Shown: positions 1 to 14,013, counted from the stretch's first letter. The stretch: DNA of 40,122 bases from Candidatus Latescibacterota bacterium (GCA_038279365.1 JAYODI010000005.1:98457-138578), one strand, 5' to 3'. Made by a program: numbers and translations. Notes: generated by a model not told the origin, from the letters alone.

Positions 1-609
1 TTGCGCGAACCACCCGCCGCATTGACATTGGCCCGGCTCAAATATGACGGTGGCGGCGATTGGTATAATGGCCCCACTGAAATACCCAACCTCTTGGCCT
101 TTATTGCCAAACACATACCCATTCAAACGGCCAAAGAAGAGGCACAAGTTGAAATATCCGACAACAACTTATTTGCCTATCCTGTGCTGTTTCTAACAGG
201 GCATGGCAACATTCTTTTTTCCGATGAAGAAGTTCGGCGGTTGCGTTTGTATTTAGAGCGTGGCGGATTTCTTTTTGCCAATGACGACTACGGCCTCGAC
301 AAAGCCTTTCGTCGCGAAATCAAACGCGTCTTTCCCGACAAAGAATGGGTAGAATTGCCCCCATCAGCAGAGTTATTTCAAACACCGTTTCACTTTCCGC
401 AAGGTTTGCCCAAAATACATGAGCACGATGGAGATCCCCCACAAGCCTTAGGTATTTTCCACGAAAAACGTTTGGTTATTTTTTATAATTACAGCAGTGA
501 CATTGCCGACGGATGGGATGACCCAGAAGTACATGGTGACCCACCAGACAAAAGAGAGCAAGCACTCAAAATGGGCACCAACGTCATTGTCTGGGCATTA
601 ACACAGTAA
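1..609 (+). CDS. DUF4159-family protein (5' end probably outside the window)
   Basis: Motifs LKYDGGGDWY, LFLTGHG, LRLYLERGGFLFANDDYG and ALKMGTN; frame is open from base 1; sits in a MoxR neighbourhood. Confidence 0.8.
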   Translation: MREPPAALTLARLKYDGGGDWYNGPTEIPNLLAFIAKHIPIQTAKEEAQVEISDNNLFAYPVLFLTGHGNILFSDEEVRRLRLYLERGGFLFANDDYGLDKAFRREIKRVFPDKEWVELPPSAELFQTPFHFPQGLPKIHEHDGDPPQALGIFHEKRLVIFYNYSSDIADGWDDPEVHGDPPDKREQALKMGTNVIVWALTQ

Positions 610-681
610 TCCAAATACATCATTCACTTCTATGACATTGTCCTGACACCCTATTTTTTGCTTTCATATACCCAAACAACC

Positions 682-3600
682 ATGTCACAAAACCCTTACC
701 AAACCATCGTTCAACGCATTGATCATGTGCGCACAAATCTCATACGCAACAATGTGCTTTTTGGCATGGTTCTTTCGTGTGCTTGGGCACTGGGTGTGGG
801 CTGGTTTTTGGTGGTCGTTGAGGCCTCTCTCTATTTATCCCCTACAACCAAAGTCATTCTCGAATCGCTTTTGTTTTTCAGCACTTTTTATGTGCTTATG
901 CGTTATGCCATTCTTCCGCTCTTATCACCCATCAGCCCAGAAACAATCGCCCTCCAGCTCGAAAAACATTTTGGCGGCCTGCACCAGCAACTCATCAGTG
1001 CCTTGCAATTGGGGGCCGAAAAAGATCACACAAACCAATCCCAAGCACTTATACAAGCTGCCATCAAACAGACCCAAGAACAAACGGCCCATCTCAATTT
1101 TACAGAAATCATCAACCGCAGAAAAACACAACAAGCAGCCCTTGTCTTTGTGGGCCTAGCACTTATTTGCATATTGAGCCATGCCTTGTGGCCAACCACC
1201 GTAACCGAAGCCACCCACCGTTTGTTTCAACCCCTCACGGCATTTGAGCGCCCATCAGAAACACACATTGCCTTGCGCCCAGGTGATGCAGAAATTGTAG
1301 CAGGTGATGCATTTGAAATCAGTGCCCAACTTTCGGGCATTGTTCCCCACAAGGCCCGCCTCTTGATTAGGGAAAACGAAACACAAGATTGGGCACCCAT
1401 CACCTTGACAGTGAGGCAAAAAACCACCAAATACACATTTCCAAGTGTCACCCGATCTTTCTCTTATTACCTCGTCGCACACGATGCCAAAACACGCCCT
1501 TTTACACTTTTGGTCAGACAAAGACCATTGGTCACACACGTGCGCCATCACGATACATTTCCAGCATATACCCAACTGCCCATAAGACAAAACCAAGAAG
1601 GTGGAGACATTGTGGTGCCCGTTGGCACAAAAGTCTCTTTGCACATAGAAACCAACCATGCCTTAGACAAAGCATGGTTGGTCATGGACAATGATCAACA
1701 GATTCCTGCACACGTATCAAACAACCAAGCCCAAGTCAACCTCACCATAGACAAAGACGCACGATATACCATTCAATTACAAGACCCACACATGGTTCGC
1801 AACCGCGAACCCGTTGTCTATCGCATTGTCGCCTTGCCCGATCGAGCACCCGATGTACGCCTTTTAGAACCCGGCAATGCCGAATTGGGTGAAGCCATGC
1901 AACTTGCTGTATCAGCCGAAGCCTTTGACGATTATGGCATCACCAAAATGGAAATACGCTATCAACTCAATGAACAAAAAACAGACCAAATTAAACCACT
2001 CGTGTTGACCCAACGCGCAAAAGAAACCACCGCCCAGAGCAATTGGAATTTAACCTCTTTAGATCTCTTACCCGGAGACTATATCACCTATCGCATACGT
2101 GCCTACGACAACAATCCATCACCCAACTTTGGTGAAACACAAATATTTACCATTCGATTTCCAAGCCTCTTCGAAATCCATCAGGCCACGGAAAAAGCAC
2201 AACAAGAAAGCCTCGATGAAATGAGCGATGTGCAATCGCGCAGTCAAGAACTGACCAAAGAACTCGAAACCATTTCTCGAGAATTGCTCAACGATGACAC
2301 GCTCGAATGGAAAGACAAACAACAATTAGAAGAAGCCCTTCAAACACAAGAAAAAATGAACAACCAAATGCAAAACACCGCAGAGCAACTAGCCCAAACA
2401 CTGGAAAAACTCGAAGAAAGCGGTCTTTTAAAAGACGAAACCTTACAAAAATTAGAAGAGTTGCAGGAATTACTCGACCAAATTCAATCGCCAGCCCTGC
2501 AAGAAGCCATGGAAAAATTACAAGATGCTATGCAATCTGCCAATTCTGAATTGGTGCGCGAAGCCCTTGAAGAATTCAAAAACGAACGTGAAAAATTTCA
2601 AGAATCCATTGATCGTAGCATTGCTTTGCTCAAACGTGTGCAACAACAACAAACCTTGGATGCCCTCACCAAAAAACTCGAAGCACTCACACAGTCACAA
2701 GAAAAAATAACTGAAGACATTCAAAAAGACATATCGCCCGATGCCTTGTCCAAACGCCAAGAACAAATCACCAGCGACACCGAAAAATTGCAAGACGAAT
2801 TGCAACAGTCGGCTGAGAAATTCTCCAAATCAACACCAACGGATCAACAGTTGGAGCAACTCGCACAAACCATGCAAGAAAAACAACTCACAAAACGCAT
2901 GGACCAAGTGCAAGAAAACTTAGCGGCCAATCAAAAATCACAAGCGCAAAACAAAAGTGAAAAACTCGCACAAGACTTACAACAAATGGCACAGCAAATG
3001 AATCAGGTGCGACAACAATTTTCGAACCAACAAAAAGCCGAAGTTGCCCAAGAGCTCAATCGGGCATTACACGATCTTTTAACCCTTTCTAGATCACAAG
3101 AACAAACCGCACAGCGTGCCGAAACAACACAATCGCGCGAACAAACCGCACCCTTGGCCTTAGATCAAGCACGCACCATTACGGGTGCAACCCGCATGGC
3201 ACAACGCCTGTCCGACGTATCCAAAAAGACCCTCTTTTTACCCCCTCAAGCCGGTGCGGCATTGGGCGATGCACTGCAAAAAATGGAAGACGCTGCAGGC
3301 CACCTCAACAGTGGCAACTCAAATCGCGCCGCCCAAGATGCACGCCATGCAATGCAATCTCTCAATGGTGCTGCCATGATGGTGCAACGTGCATTGGGGC
3401 GCATTTCATCATCAGAATCGGGCACAGGCTTTGAAGAAATGATGCAACAAATGGCACAACTTTCACAACAACAAGGTGATCTCAATGCTCAAACAGAAGA
3501 CATGTTTGGCAAGCCTCAACCCGGACAAGGCCAACCCGGTGGCTTGGAACAGTTGGCCGCTCAACAACGTGCCATTCAGCAAGCCTTAGAGGAGTTGCGC

Positions 3601-4002
3601 CAAGAATTGGCTCGCCAACAACAGCAAATGTTGGGTGATTTGGGCAAGGTTGCCTCCGACATGGAGCAAACCGCAAAAGAACTCCAACAACGCCATCTCA
3701 CACCCGAAACACTCAACCGCCAACAACAAATCTTATCGCGTATGCTCGATGCCCAAAAATCTATGCGTCAACGGGGTAAGAGCCGAGAACGAGAAGCAGA
3801 AAGTGGCAAAGATATGGCATATCGTGGCCCAGGTTCTTTACCTGCCAACTTAGGTGAAAGCAATAATCCACTGCGTCAATATCTGCGCGATGCACTCAAA
3901 GAAGGTTATCCCACCGAATATCAGAGCCTCATTCGCAGCTACTTTGAATCACTTATGGAAGATGCCCCCAAACAAAATAACAAACCACAGTTGCAAAATT
4001 GA
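682..4002 (+). CDS. DUF4175-like large membrane-anchored coiled-coil protein
   Basis: Three N-terminal hydrophobic segments, beta-rich middle (PDRAPDV, AFDDYGI, YRIRAYDNN), long Q/E-rich coiled coil, C-terminal YPTEYQSLIRSYF; ATG at 682 preferred to TTG at 658. Confidence 0.7.
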   Translation: MSQNPYQTIVQRIDHVRTNLIRNNVLFGMVLSCAWALGVGWFLVVVEASLYLSPTTKVILESLLFFSTFYVLMRYAILPLLSPISPETIALQLEKHFGGLHQQLISALQLGAEKDHTNQSQALIQAAIKQTQEQTAHLNFTEIINRRKTQQAALVFVGLALICILSHALWPTTVTEATHRLFQPLTAFERPSETHIALRPGDAEIVAGDAFEISAQLSGIVPHKARLLIRENETQDWAPITLTVRQKTTKYTFPSVTRSFSYYLVAHDAKTRPFTLLVRQRPLVTHVRHHDTFPAYTQLPIRQNQEGGDIVVPVGTKVSLHIETNHALDKAWLVMDNDQQIPAHVSNNQAQVNLTIDKDARYTIQLQDPHMVRNREPVVYRIVALPDRAPDVRLLEPGNAELGEAMQLAVSAEAFDDYGITKMEIRYQLNEQKTDQIKPLVLTQRAKETTAQSNWNLTSLDLLPGDYITYRIRAYDNNPSPNFGETQIFTIRFPSLFEIHQATEKAQQESLDEMSDVQSRSQELTKELETISRELLNDDTLEWKDKQQLEEALQTQEKMNNQMQNTAEQLAQTLEKLEESGLLKDETLQKLEELQELLDQIQSPALQEAMEKLQDAMQSANSELVREALEEFKNEREKFQESIDRSIALLKRVQQQQTLDALTKKLEALTQSQEKITEDIQKDISPDALSKRQEQITSDTEKLQDELQQSAEKFSKSTPTDQQLEQLAQTMQEKQLTKRMDQVQENLAANQKSQAQNKSEKLAQDLQQMAQQMNQVRQQFSNQQKAEVAQELNRALHDLLTLSRSQEQTAQRAETTQSREQTAPLALDQARTITGATRMAQRLSDVSKKTLFLPPQAGAALGDALQKMEDAAGHLNSGNSNRAAQDARHAMQSLNGAAMMVQRALGRISSSESGTGFEEMMQQMAQLSQQQGDLNAQTEDMFGKPQPGQGQPGGLEQLAAQQRAIQQALEELRQELARQQQQMLGDLGKVASDMEQTAKELQQRHLTPETLNRQQQILSRMLDAQKSMRQRGKSREREAESGKDMAYRGPGSLPANLGESNNPLRQYLRDALKEGYPTEYQSLIRSYFESLMEDAPKQNNKPQLQN

Positions 4003-4069
4003 TGTCTCTCAAAACCCTCAGAGATATCCATTTTAAAAAAACTGTATCCGTGTTTGAAAGCTGTTATTT

Positions 4070-5869
4070 ATGAAACTACTCATCGCATTTTTGTGCTTAT
4101 TCACATCGCTTGGTGCACAAACCATACCCGTTAATCAACTCCAAGCAGAAATACAAAAAGGGCTTTCTTTTGAAGCGCGCAATGATTTGGACCAAGCCTT
4201 GCACATTTATCAAAAGATCTATGCCCAATACCCCTCCCGAGGGGATATTGCCATGCGCATCGAAAGCATCTATTCACGTATTGGCCAATACGACAAAGCA
4301 GTTGCCCTACTTACCCAACACCTCAAACAATCGCCAAATGACATCACCATACATCTCAAATTGGGCGATGCGTTGTTTGCTCTGGGCAAAAAGCCCGAAG
4401 CATTTGCCCAATGGAACGGTCTGCTTAAAAATGCCACAAGCCCCAATATCTTTGCCACTGTGGCCGACCGATATCGCAAAAACAGCATTTACGATCAGGC
4501 AGAAGCCATTTACCGCCAATCCCGTACAGCACTCAATATGCCCGAGCTCTTTGCACAAGAGTTGGCCGAGTTGGCCGAGCGTCAAGCCCATTATGCCACA
4601 GCCGTTCGAGAATACATCATTTTTATACGTCAAAAACCGCAATATCGGACCATGATTGAAGCGCGTTTGCGCGACATGGCACAAAATGATGAGCAACGTC
4701 CAGAAATTTTCGGTTTGCTCTCAAATGAAGTACTCAAAGAGCCCAACAATCACAACAACTTGAGCTTGCTCATGGAATATGCCCTACCTGCTGGTTTTTC
4801 AGCTCAAATACTCCCAATATTACAAAACACAGCCCACTTACCCGCCAATAGCTGGACATATCTTCCACGCATTGCCCGATATGCATTAGAAGAAAAGAAG
4901 TTCGAAATCGCGGCACAGGCCTACCAAACCCTCTACAACCGCATAGAACAACCCGATGTGCGTGCCCGTGCGTTGCTGGGTTTGGCACAAACCAAACAAA
5001 CAGCCCAAGACATTGGGCAAGCACGCCAATATTATCAAGCTGTTGTCGATCAGTTCCCGTCACGCCCAGAAGCCGATGAAGCACGTTTTCGTTTGGGTAT
5101 TTTCCAACGCGATACCGATCAAAATCTCAAAGATGCCCAACAAACCTTTATCGAACTCATCAATACCAACCGACAAAATGAATGGCGATACCACGCTTTT
5201 TTTGAATTGGCAGATGGTTATTTACAAACCGATCAATTTGAAAATGCCGCAAAAACCTGGACCACCATTCTTTCCGAACGAAAAATAGGTCCCGAAGCAG
5301 CACGCGCCCGTTATGCCATTGCCGAATTACATTATTACACCGGAGATTTTGATGCGGCCAAGGTCATGCTCAATCTCATATTGGTAAAAGACTTGGAACA
5401 AAATGTTGCCAACGATGCCATTATGAAATTGGCCCTCATAGAAGAGAGTGAACAAAAGGATATCGATCATTTACGAAAATATGCACAAGCAGAATGTTTA
5501 CATCGCCAGCAAAAATTAAAAGAAGCACAAACAACGCTTGAAAAACTCATCCAACAATATCCCAAAACGTTTTTGGCAGACCGCATTTTATATCGGCAAG
5601 CCGAATTACTCGAACAACAAAAACAATACACACAAGCCATACAACAATACAGAAAACTCGTTTTAACCCAAAAAGACAGTCCATTGTGCCCCGCCTCCCA
5701 AATGGCACTGGCACAAATTTATGAAATCCGCCTCAGCCAATATCACGAAGCCAAAAGTGCTTACGAAACACTCTTAGTGACTTATCCACTCAGCTTCGAA
5801 GCCGACCTGGCACGTGATCGCCTTCGCATTCTGCAACAGAAAATTCAAACCCCAAAGGAAACAGGATGA
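4070..5869 (+). CDS. Exported tetratricopeptide-repeat protein
   Basis: Signal peptide MKLLIAFLCLFTSLGA; repeated helical units of the A..Y...(Y/F)P type. Confidence 0.8.
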   Translation: MKLLIAFLCLFTSLGAQTIPVNQLQAEIQKGLSFEARNDLDQALHIYQKIYAQYPSRGDIAMRIESIYSRIGQYDKAVALLTQHLKQSPNDITIHLKLGDALFALGKKPEAFAQWNGLLKNATSPNIFATVADRYRKNSIYDQAEAIYRQSRTALNMPELFAQELAELAERQAHYATAVREYIIFIRQKPQYRTMIEARLRDMAQNDEQRPEIFGLLSNEVLKEPNNHNNLSLLMEYALPAGFSAQILPILQNTAHLPANSWTYLPRIARYALEEKKFEIAAQAYQTLYNRIEQPDVRARALLGLAQTKQTAQDIGQARQYYQAVVDQFPSRPEADEARFRLGIFQRDTDQNLKDAQQTFIELINTNRQNEWRYHAFFELADGYLQTDQFENAAKTWTTILSERKIGPEAARARYAIAELHYYTGDFDAAKVMLNLILVKDLEQNVANDAIMKLALIEESEQKDIDHLRKYAQAECLHRQQKLKEAQTTLEKLIQQYPKTFLADRILYRQAELLEQQKQYTQAIQQYRKLVLTQKDSPLCPASQMALAQIYEIRLSQYHEAKSAYETLLVTYPLSFEADLARDRLRILQQKIQTPKETG

Positions 5870-7137
5870 AATCTATTCGATTCATCATGACCACACTCTT
5901 GTGTCTGGGGTGCTTGACACAAAACGCCCGCGCAGACAAACTGCTCATTGCGATGGATCTTTCTCAAAGTGATCATCTCAAAGCTTATGGCATCGCATTT
6001 TGGGCCCTCCAACAAGGCCAACCTGTCGAATGGTTGCTCAACTATAGAGGGGGGTCATTTCTCATCGATGCAACAGAAGCGCTCATATTGGAAACACGTG
6101 TACGTGCCGTCTCTTTTGAGCAAATATCCGAATCCCAAGCAACACGCATTTATGCACAAATAGAATCAGAAAACATGAACCGCATGCGCCTTGAAAAAGC
6201 GCCAAAGATAGCGGTTTATACCCCACCCAGCAAACAACCCTGGGATGATGCCGTTACGTTGGCCCTCACCTATGCCGAAATTCCCTATGATACGTTATGG
6301 GATGAAGAGGTATTAGAAGGTAAGCTTGAAGATTACGATTGGCTCCATCTGCATCATGAAGACTTTACGGGTCAATATGGCAAATTTTACAAAAGCCACG
6401 GCAACCAACCTTGGTATCGACAACAACAAGTTCACTTTGAGGCCCTTGCAAAAAAATTAGGGTTTTCCAAAGTTTCGCAACTCAAACGCGCGGTTACCGA
6501 AACCATTGCCAGTTATGTCAATGACGGTGGTTTTTTATTTGCGATGTGCTCGGCCACAGACACCTTTGACATTGCCTTGGCCGCATATAAAACCGACATA
6601 GTTGACACCATTTACGATGGTGACCCCATTGCGCCCAACGCACAACAAGCATTGGACTTTTCGCGCACATTGGCTTTTGAAAACTTTAACATTGTACTCG
6701 ACCCCATGGAATATGAATATTCAGACATAGACATCTCACCCACAGAAATGCGGCAAATACGCAATGCCCAATCCGATGCTTTTACACTTTTTGACTTTTC
6801 AGCCAAATACGACCCTGTGCCCACCATGCTCACACAAAGTCACACTCCTATCGTGCCAGGATTTTTGGGACAAACGACCGCATTTAATAAAAGCAAACTC
6901 AAAAAATCAATTACTGTAATGGGCTATATTCCCAATAAAGAACACGTCAAATACATCCATGGCAACTTGGGGCAGGGCACCTTTACATTTTATGCCGGAC
7001 ACGACCCAGAAGATTACCAACACTTTGTCAACGACCCACCCACTCAACTTGCCTTACACAAAAACTCTGTGGGATATCGCCTCATATTAAACAACATTCT
7101 TTTTCCAGCAGCCAAAAAACAAAAACGCAAAACGTAA
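5866..7137 (+). CDS. Conserved exported protein, probable class I glutamine-amidotransferase-like fold (family often mislabelled 'asparagine synthetase B')
   Basis: Signal peptide; motifs HLKAYG, WLLNYRGGSF, PWDDAV, WLHLHHEDFTGQYGKF, GGFLFAMCSATD, GHDPEDYQH; ATGA overlap with the TPR gene. Confidence 0.65.
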   Translation: MKSIRFIMTTLLCLGCLTQNARADKLLIAMDLSQSDHLKAYGIAFWALQQGQPVEWLLNYRGGSFLIDATEALILETRVRAVSFEQISESQATRIYAQIESENMNRMRLEKAPKIAVYTPPSKQPWDDAVTLALTYAEIPYDTLWDEEVLEGKLEDYDWLHLHHEDFTGQYGKFYKSHGNQPWYRQQQVHFEALAKKLGFSKVSQLKRAVTETIASYVNDGGFLFAMCSATDTFDIALAAYKTDIVDTIYDGDPIAPNAQQALDFSRTLAFENFNIVLDPMEYEYSDIDISPTEMRQIRNAQSDAFTLFDFSAKYDPVPTMLTQSHTPIVPGFLGQTTAFNKSKLKKSITVMGYIPNKEHVKYIHGNLGQGTFTFYAGHDPEDYQHFVNDPPTQLALHKNSVGYRLILNNILFPAAKKQKRKT

Positions 7138-7204
7138 AAATCACTCGCATTTCTCCAAACTTTTTTTATGTTGTGACAAACACCCCATACGTTAAGGAAA
7201 AAAA

Positions 7205-8200
7205 ATGCCTCAAGAACCCACCCATGAAGACCTCGAAACCGTTCAAGAACTCAAAGATGCCTACAACCAAATTGTGGGTGAAATTGGCAAAGTCATTATT
7301 GGCCAAAAAGACATCGTCGATCAACTCCTGATCGCACTCTTGTGTGGGGGCCATGTGCTGTTGGTCGGTGTGCCAGGATTGGCCAAAACCCTGCTCATCA
7401 GCACATTGGCGCGTGCTCTTAATCTCTCGTTTAGCCGCATTCAGTTTACCCCAGACCTCATGCCATCTGACATTACGGGCACCGAAGTCATTGAAGAAGA
7501 CCACAGCACTGGCCAAAAAGCATTTCGATTTGTGAAAGGCCCTATTTTTGCCAATATTATTCTGGCCGACGAAATCAACCGCACCCCACCCAAAACACAA
7601 GCTGCACTGTTACAAGCTATGCAAGAACATGAAGTAACCACGGGTGGAGAAACCTTCGATCTCGAAGAACCCTTTTTTGTACTTGCAACCCAAAACCCCA
7701 TTGAGCAAGAAGGTACCTATCCGTTGCCCGAAGCCCAATTGGATCGTTTCATTTTTAACTTGTGGATTGATTATCCCACAGAAGAAGAAGAAAAGCAGAT
7801 CGTGAAAGCCACCACAGGTTTTCAAGCACACGATGTTCAACCCGTTTTAAGTGCCGAGCAAATTGTCAAATTGCAACAACTCATTCGCAAAGTACCTGTT
7901 TCCGATCATGTCATAGACTATGCCGTCAAACTCGTACGCAAAACACGCCCCAACAGCCCAGATGCCCCCCAAGACATCTCTCGCCTCATCAGTTGGGGAG
8001 CTGGGCCACGAGCGTCACAATGCTTGATATTGGGTGCCAAAGCACGCGCCGTACTCGAAGGCCGATATGCCGCATCCATAGACGATGTAAATTTTGTGGC
8101 CAAACCCGTCTTACGCCATCGTATGGTCACCAGCTTTAATGCCGAAGCCGAAGGCATCACCGTTGTAGACCTCATCGACAAACTGCTACAAAAGCAATGA
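7205..8200 (+). CDS. moxR: MoxR-family AAA+ ATPase
   Basis: Walker [21 protein letters not shown], Walker [40 protein letters not shown]. Confidence 0.93.
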   Translation: MPQEPTHEDLETVQELKDAYNQIVGEIGKVIIGQKDIVDQLLIALLCGGHVLLVGVPGLAKTLLISTLARALNLSFSRIQFTPDLMPSDITGTEVIEEDHSTGQKAFRFVKGPIFANIILADEINRTPPKTQAALLQAMQEHEVTTGGETFDLEEPFFVLATQNPIEQEGTYPLPEAQLDRFIFNLWIDYPTEEEEKQIVKATTGFQAHDVQPVLSAEQIVKLQQLIRKVPVSDHVIDYAVKLVRKTRPNSPDAPQDISRLISWGAGPRASQCLILGAKARAVLEGRYAASIDDVNFVAKPVLRHRMVTSFNAEAEGITVVDLIDKLLQKQ

Positions 8201-8316
8201 AACGCCAAACATGAAACGGCAAACGTGAAACGTCAGACAAACCAAAACCACCAATTGCCCTAACGTTTCTCGCCATCTGTCGTCTGCCATTTGCCATTTG
8301 AGTTTCTCCATTCACC
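8198..8316. repeat. Two inverted tracts of degenerate 7-bp tandem repeats
   Basis: tgaaacg-ccaaaca-tgaaacg-gcaaacg-tgaaacg-tcagaca (8198-8239), then complementary-type units cgtttct, catctgt, cgtctgc, catttgc, catttga (8264-8301). Confidence 0.75.
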
Positions 8317-8328
8317 CTTAGGATTTCT

Positions 8329-9351
8329 ATGTCAAATCCCATTCTCGAAATAGAAGATTTGCACGTTAGTTTTCGCACCATCGATGGCCTTGTCACAGCA
8401 GTCAATGGCGTCGATCTCACCTTACACCGAGGTGAAACGGTGGGCCTGGTGGGAGAGTCTGGCTCGGGCAAAAGCGTTACAGCCATGAGCATCATGCGTT
8501 TATTGGCCGAACCACCTGCGCAAATAACGGGCAGCATTCGCCTACAAGACAAAAAAGGCGAGCTCATCAATATCACCGATCTCAACCCAGACAGCCCTAA
8601 GATGCAAAACTTGCGGGGCAATGATGTGGCCATGATCTTTCAAGAACCGATGCGCGCGCTCTCACCCGTTTTTACAGTAGGTCATCAAGTGGCCGAAGCC
8701 ATTTGGTTGCATCGCACCGTAAGCAAAGACGAAGCCCTCAAAGAAGCCATTCATATGCTCGACCGAGTGGGCATTCCAGACCCAGATCGCAGAGCACGCG
8801 AATACCCCCACCAACTTTCAGGAGGGCAAAGACAACGCGTCATGATTGCCATGGCATTGGCCTGTCGCCCGGCCTTGCTTATTGCCGATGAACCTACAAC
8901 GGCCTTAGATGTCACCATTCAAGCCCAAATCATGGAATTGCTCAACGAACTCCAATCCGAGTTTAACATTGCCATTTTGCTCATCACCCACGACTTGGGC
9001 ATTGTGGCAGGTACTTGTTCACGCGTTAATGTTATGTATATGGGGCGCGTGGTCGAACAGGCCGATATCTACACCGCATTCGAAAATCCTGCTCACCCTT
9101 ACACGCAGGGTTTGCTCAAAAGTGTGCCCGTACCTGGGCAAGATCACAAAGAACGACTACCCGCCATTCGAGGCGCGGTTCCCGACCCCAAAAATTTGCC
9201 CGCAGGATGCGCCTTTGGCCCTCGGTGTGACCACTTTCAACCCGGTCTGTGTGATCAAGAAGGGGATGTAGCCCTCGTTCAAGTAACACCCAATCATCAG
9301 GCACGGTGTTATCGCACTGCCGAAGTACAGACTTTGCCTTCAACGGTTTAA
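8329..9351 (+). CDS. Oligopeptide/dipeptide ABC transporter ATP-binding subunit (OppD/DppD type)
   Basis: [43 protein letters not shown] and C-terminal Cys cluster (GCAFGPRC...C...C). Confidence 0.92.
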   Translation: MSNPILEIEDLHVSFRTIDGLVTAVNGVDLTLHRGETVGLVGESGSGKSVTAMSIMRLLAEPPAQITGSIRLQDKKGELINITDLNPDSPKMQNLRGNDVAMIFQEPMRALSPVFTVGHQVAEAIWLHRTVSKDEALKEAIHMLDRVGIPDPDRRAREYPHQLSGGQRQRVMIAMALACRPALLIADEPTTALDVTIQAQIMELLNELQSEFNIAILLITHDLGIVAGTCSRVNVMYMGRVVEQADIYTAFENPAHPYTQGLLKSVPVPGQDHKERLPAIRGAVPDPKNLPAGCAFGPRCDHFQPGLCDQEGDVALVQVTPNHQARCYRTAEVQTLPSTV

Positions 9352-9372
9352 CACTTAAACAAAACAAGTCAT

Positions 9373-10386
9373 ATGATCACGCGCCGACACTTTTTACAAA
9401 ACAGCCTGTTCACACTGGGCACATTGGCATTGGCCCCATCTATCTGGGCGCAAAAAAACCCACAAGTGATGACCGTTACAGGTTCCATGAGTTTGGGAGA
9501 AATGGGATTTACCTTGCCACACGAGCACATCATGTCTCTTTTTGGTGGCCCCATTGCCCAACATGCCGAATATGACCAAAAAAAATTATTTGATGTTGTA
9601 ATTCCCTACCTTAAAAAACTCAAGGCATTGGGGCTGAGCACACTTTGTGAATGTACCACGGCCTATTTTGGCCGACGTGCAGACTTGCTTAAAACCATCT
9701 CATTGGAAACGGGCATCCACATCCTCACAAATACAGGATATTACGGTGCTGCCAATGACCGTTATGTGCCCGATCATGCCAAAACAACCTCTGTTGACCA
9801 ACTCACCAAACAATGGCTTTCAGAATGGGAAGATGGCATTGAAAACACAGGCATTCGCCCAGGTTTTATCAAAATAGGTGTAGACAATGGCAAACTGTCT
9901 GAAACAGATGCCAAATTGATTCGCGCCGCTGCCCAAACACATTTACACAGCGGTCTGGTCATTGCCGCACACACCAGTGGCAGCATAGAAGCCGCCTTTG
10001 ATCAGTTGCAAATATTGAAGGAGGAAAACGTGCATCCATCGGCATGGATTTGGGTGCATGCCAACAATGTCAAAGACAATGATGCCCTCCTGCGCGCTGC
10101 CCAAACAGGTGCTTGGATAGAATTGGACGGCGTTCGAGAAGACACACATGACCAGCATCTGGCACAAATTGCCCTTTTAAAAAAACACGGGCACATCAAC
10201 CAAGTATTGCTCTCACACGATGGCAATTCGTTTCGATATGGCAACCGCCCTTTTAAACCTTACGAATATATTTTGACCCATTTTGTCCCCCATCTCAAAG
10301 AATTGGGATACACCAGCAAAGAAATCATACAACTCACCATTGCCAACCCACGCAAAGCATTTGGTATTGCAGTTCGAAAAGCTTAA
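9373..10386 (+). CDS. Phosphotriesterase-family amidohydrolase with twin-arginine signal
   Basis: TRRHFL Tat motif; metal ligands HEH, GFIK (carboxylated Lys), AAHT, WVHA, SHD. Confidence 0.85.
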   Translation: MITRRHFLQNSLFTLGTLALAPSIWAQKNPQVMTVTGSMSLGEMGFTLPHEHIMSLFGGPIAQHAEYDQKKLFDVVIPYLKKLKALGLSTLCECTTAYFGRRADLLKTISLETGIHILTNTGYYGAANDRYVPDHAKTTSVDQLTKQWLSEWEDGIENTGIRPGFIKIGVDNGKLSETDAKLIRAAAQTHLHSGLVIAAHTSGSIEAAFDQLQILKEENVHPSAWIWVHANNVKDNDALLRAAQTGAWIELDGVREDTHDQHLAQIALLKKHGHINQVLLSHDGNSFRYGNRPFKPYEYILTHFVPHLKELGYTSKEIIQLTIANPRKAFGIAVRKA

Positions 10387-10406
10387 CAAACGACACCTGA
10401 CCAATC

Positions 10407-10444
10407 AAAACGGATGACAACCTTTCGCTGTCATCCGTTTTTTT
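10407..10444 (+). terminator. Rho-independent terminator
   Basis: aaaacggatgaca / tgtcatccgtttt inverted repeat followed by a T-run, ~20 nt after the stop. Confidence 0.85.
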
Positions 10445-10521
10445 GTATGTTTCTACTCCAACAAATAAAATAATGATACATTTTAAACACGCACTCACTT
10501 TCCAACATCTTTAAAAACACC

Positions 10522-13666
<3,145 letters not shown>

Positions 13667-13678
13667 AAGGAGGGTGTG

Positions 13679-13987
13679 ATGGCCGAACCGATCTCTGACC
13701 AAGTGGGTTCCAAATTGCTTTTTGAAAATGACCGTGTACGCGTTTGGGACCTCACCCTTGCCCCCGGAGAAAGTACAGGGATGCACCGCCACGAACACGA
13801 TTACCTCTATGTGGTCATTGGCGATGGCGCACTACAAGGTGTTTCATCTGACGGTATAAAAGGTGCCCCCCGTCTCATGAAAGATGGTGATGTAAGATGG
13901 AACACCGTAAATGGCGAAGCCATTCACGCGGCAATAAATGCCGGTGACAAACCTTGGCGCAATATCATCGTCGAATTAAAAAAGTAA
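13679..13987 (+). CDS. Small cupin-domain protein
   Basis: LLFENDRVRVW, LAPGE..MHRH, H.A.N..RNIIVELK; SD AGGAGG at 13668-13673 favours ATG 13679. Confidence 0.8.
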   Translation: MAEPISDQVGSKLLFENDRVRVWDLTLAPGESTGMHRHEHDYLYVVIGDGALQGVSSDGIKGAPRLMKDGDVRWNTVNGEAIHAAINAGDKPWRNIIVELKK

Positions 13988-14013
13988 AATCTTTTTGACA
14001 GAGCACTCTTTTC

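Noticed and set aside
2180-3800. CAA-rich, repeat-looking DNA in the DUF4175-like gene
   Set aside because: Explained by Gln/Glu-rich coiled-coil coding plus strand skew; no discrete repeat unit
8198-8316. GAAAC-containing repeats as a mini CRISPR array
   Set aside because: Period is 7/14 nt, no spacers, no cas genes
8172-8633. 153-aa minus-strand ORF
   Set aside because: Antisense shadow of the ABC ATPase extended through the heptamer tract
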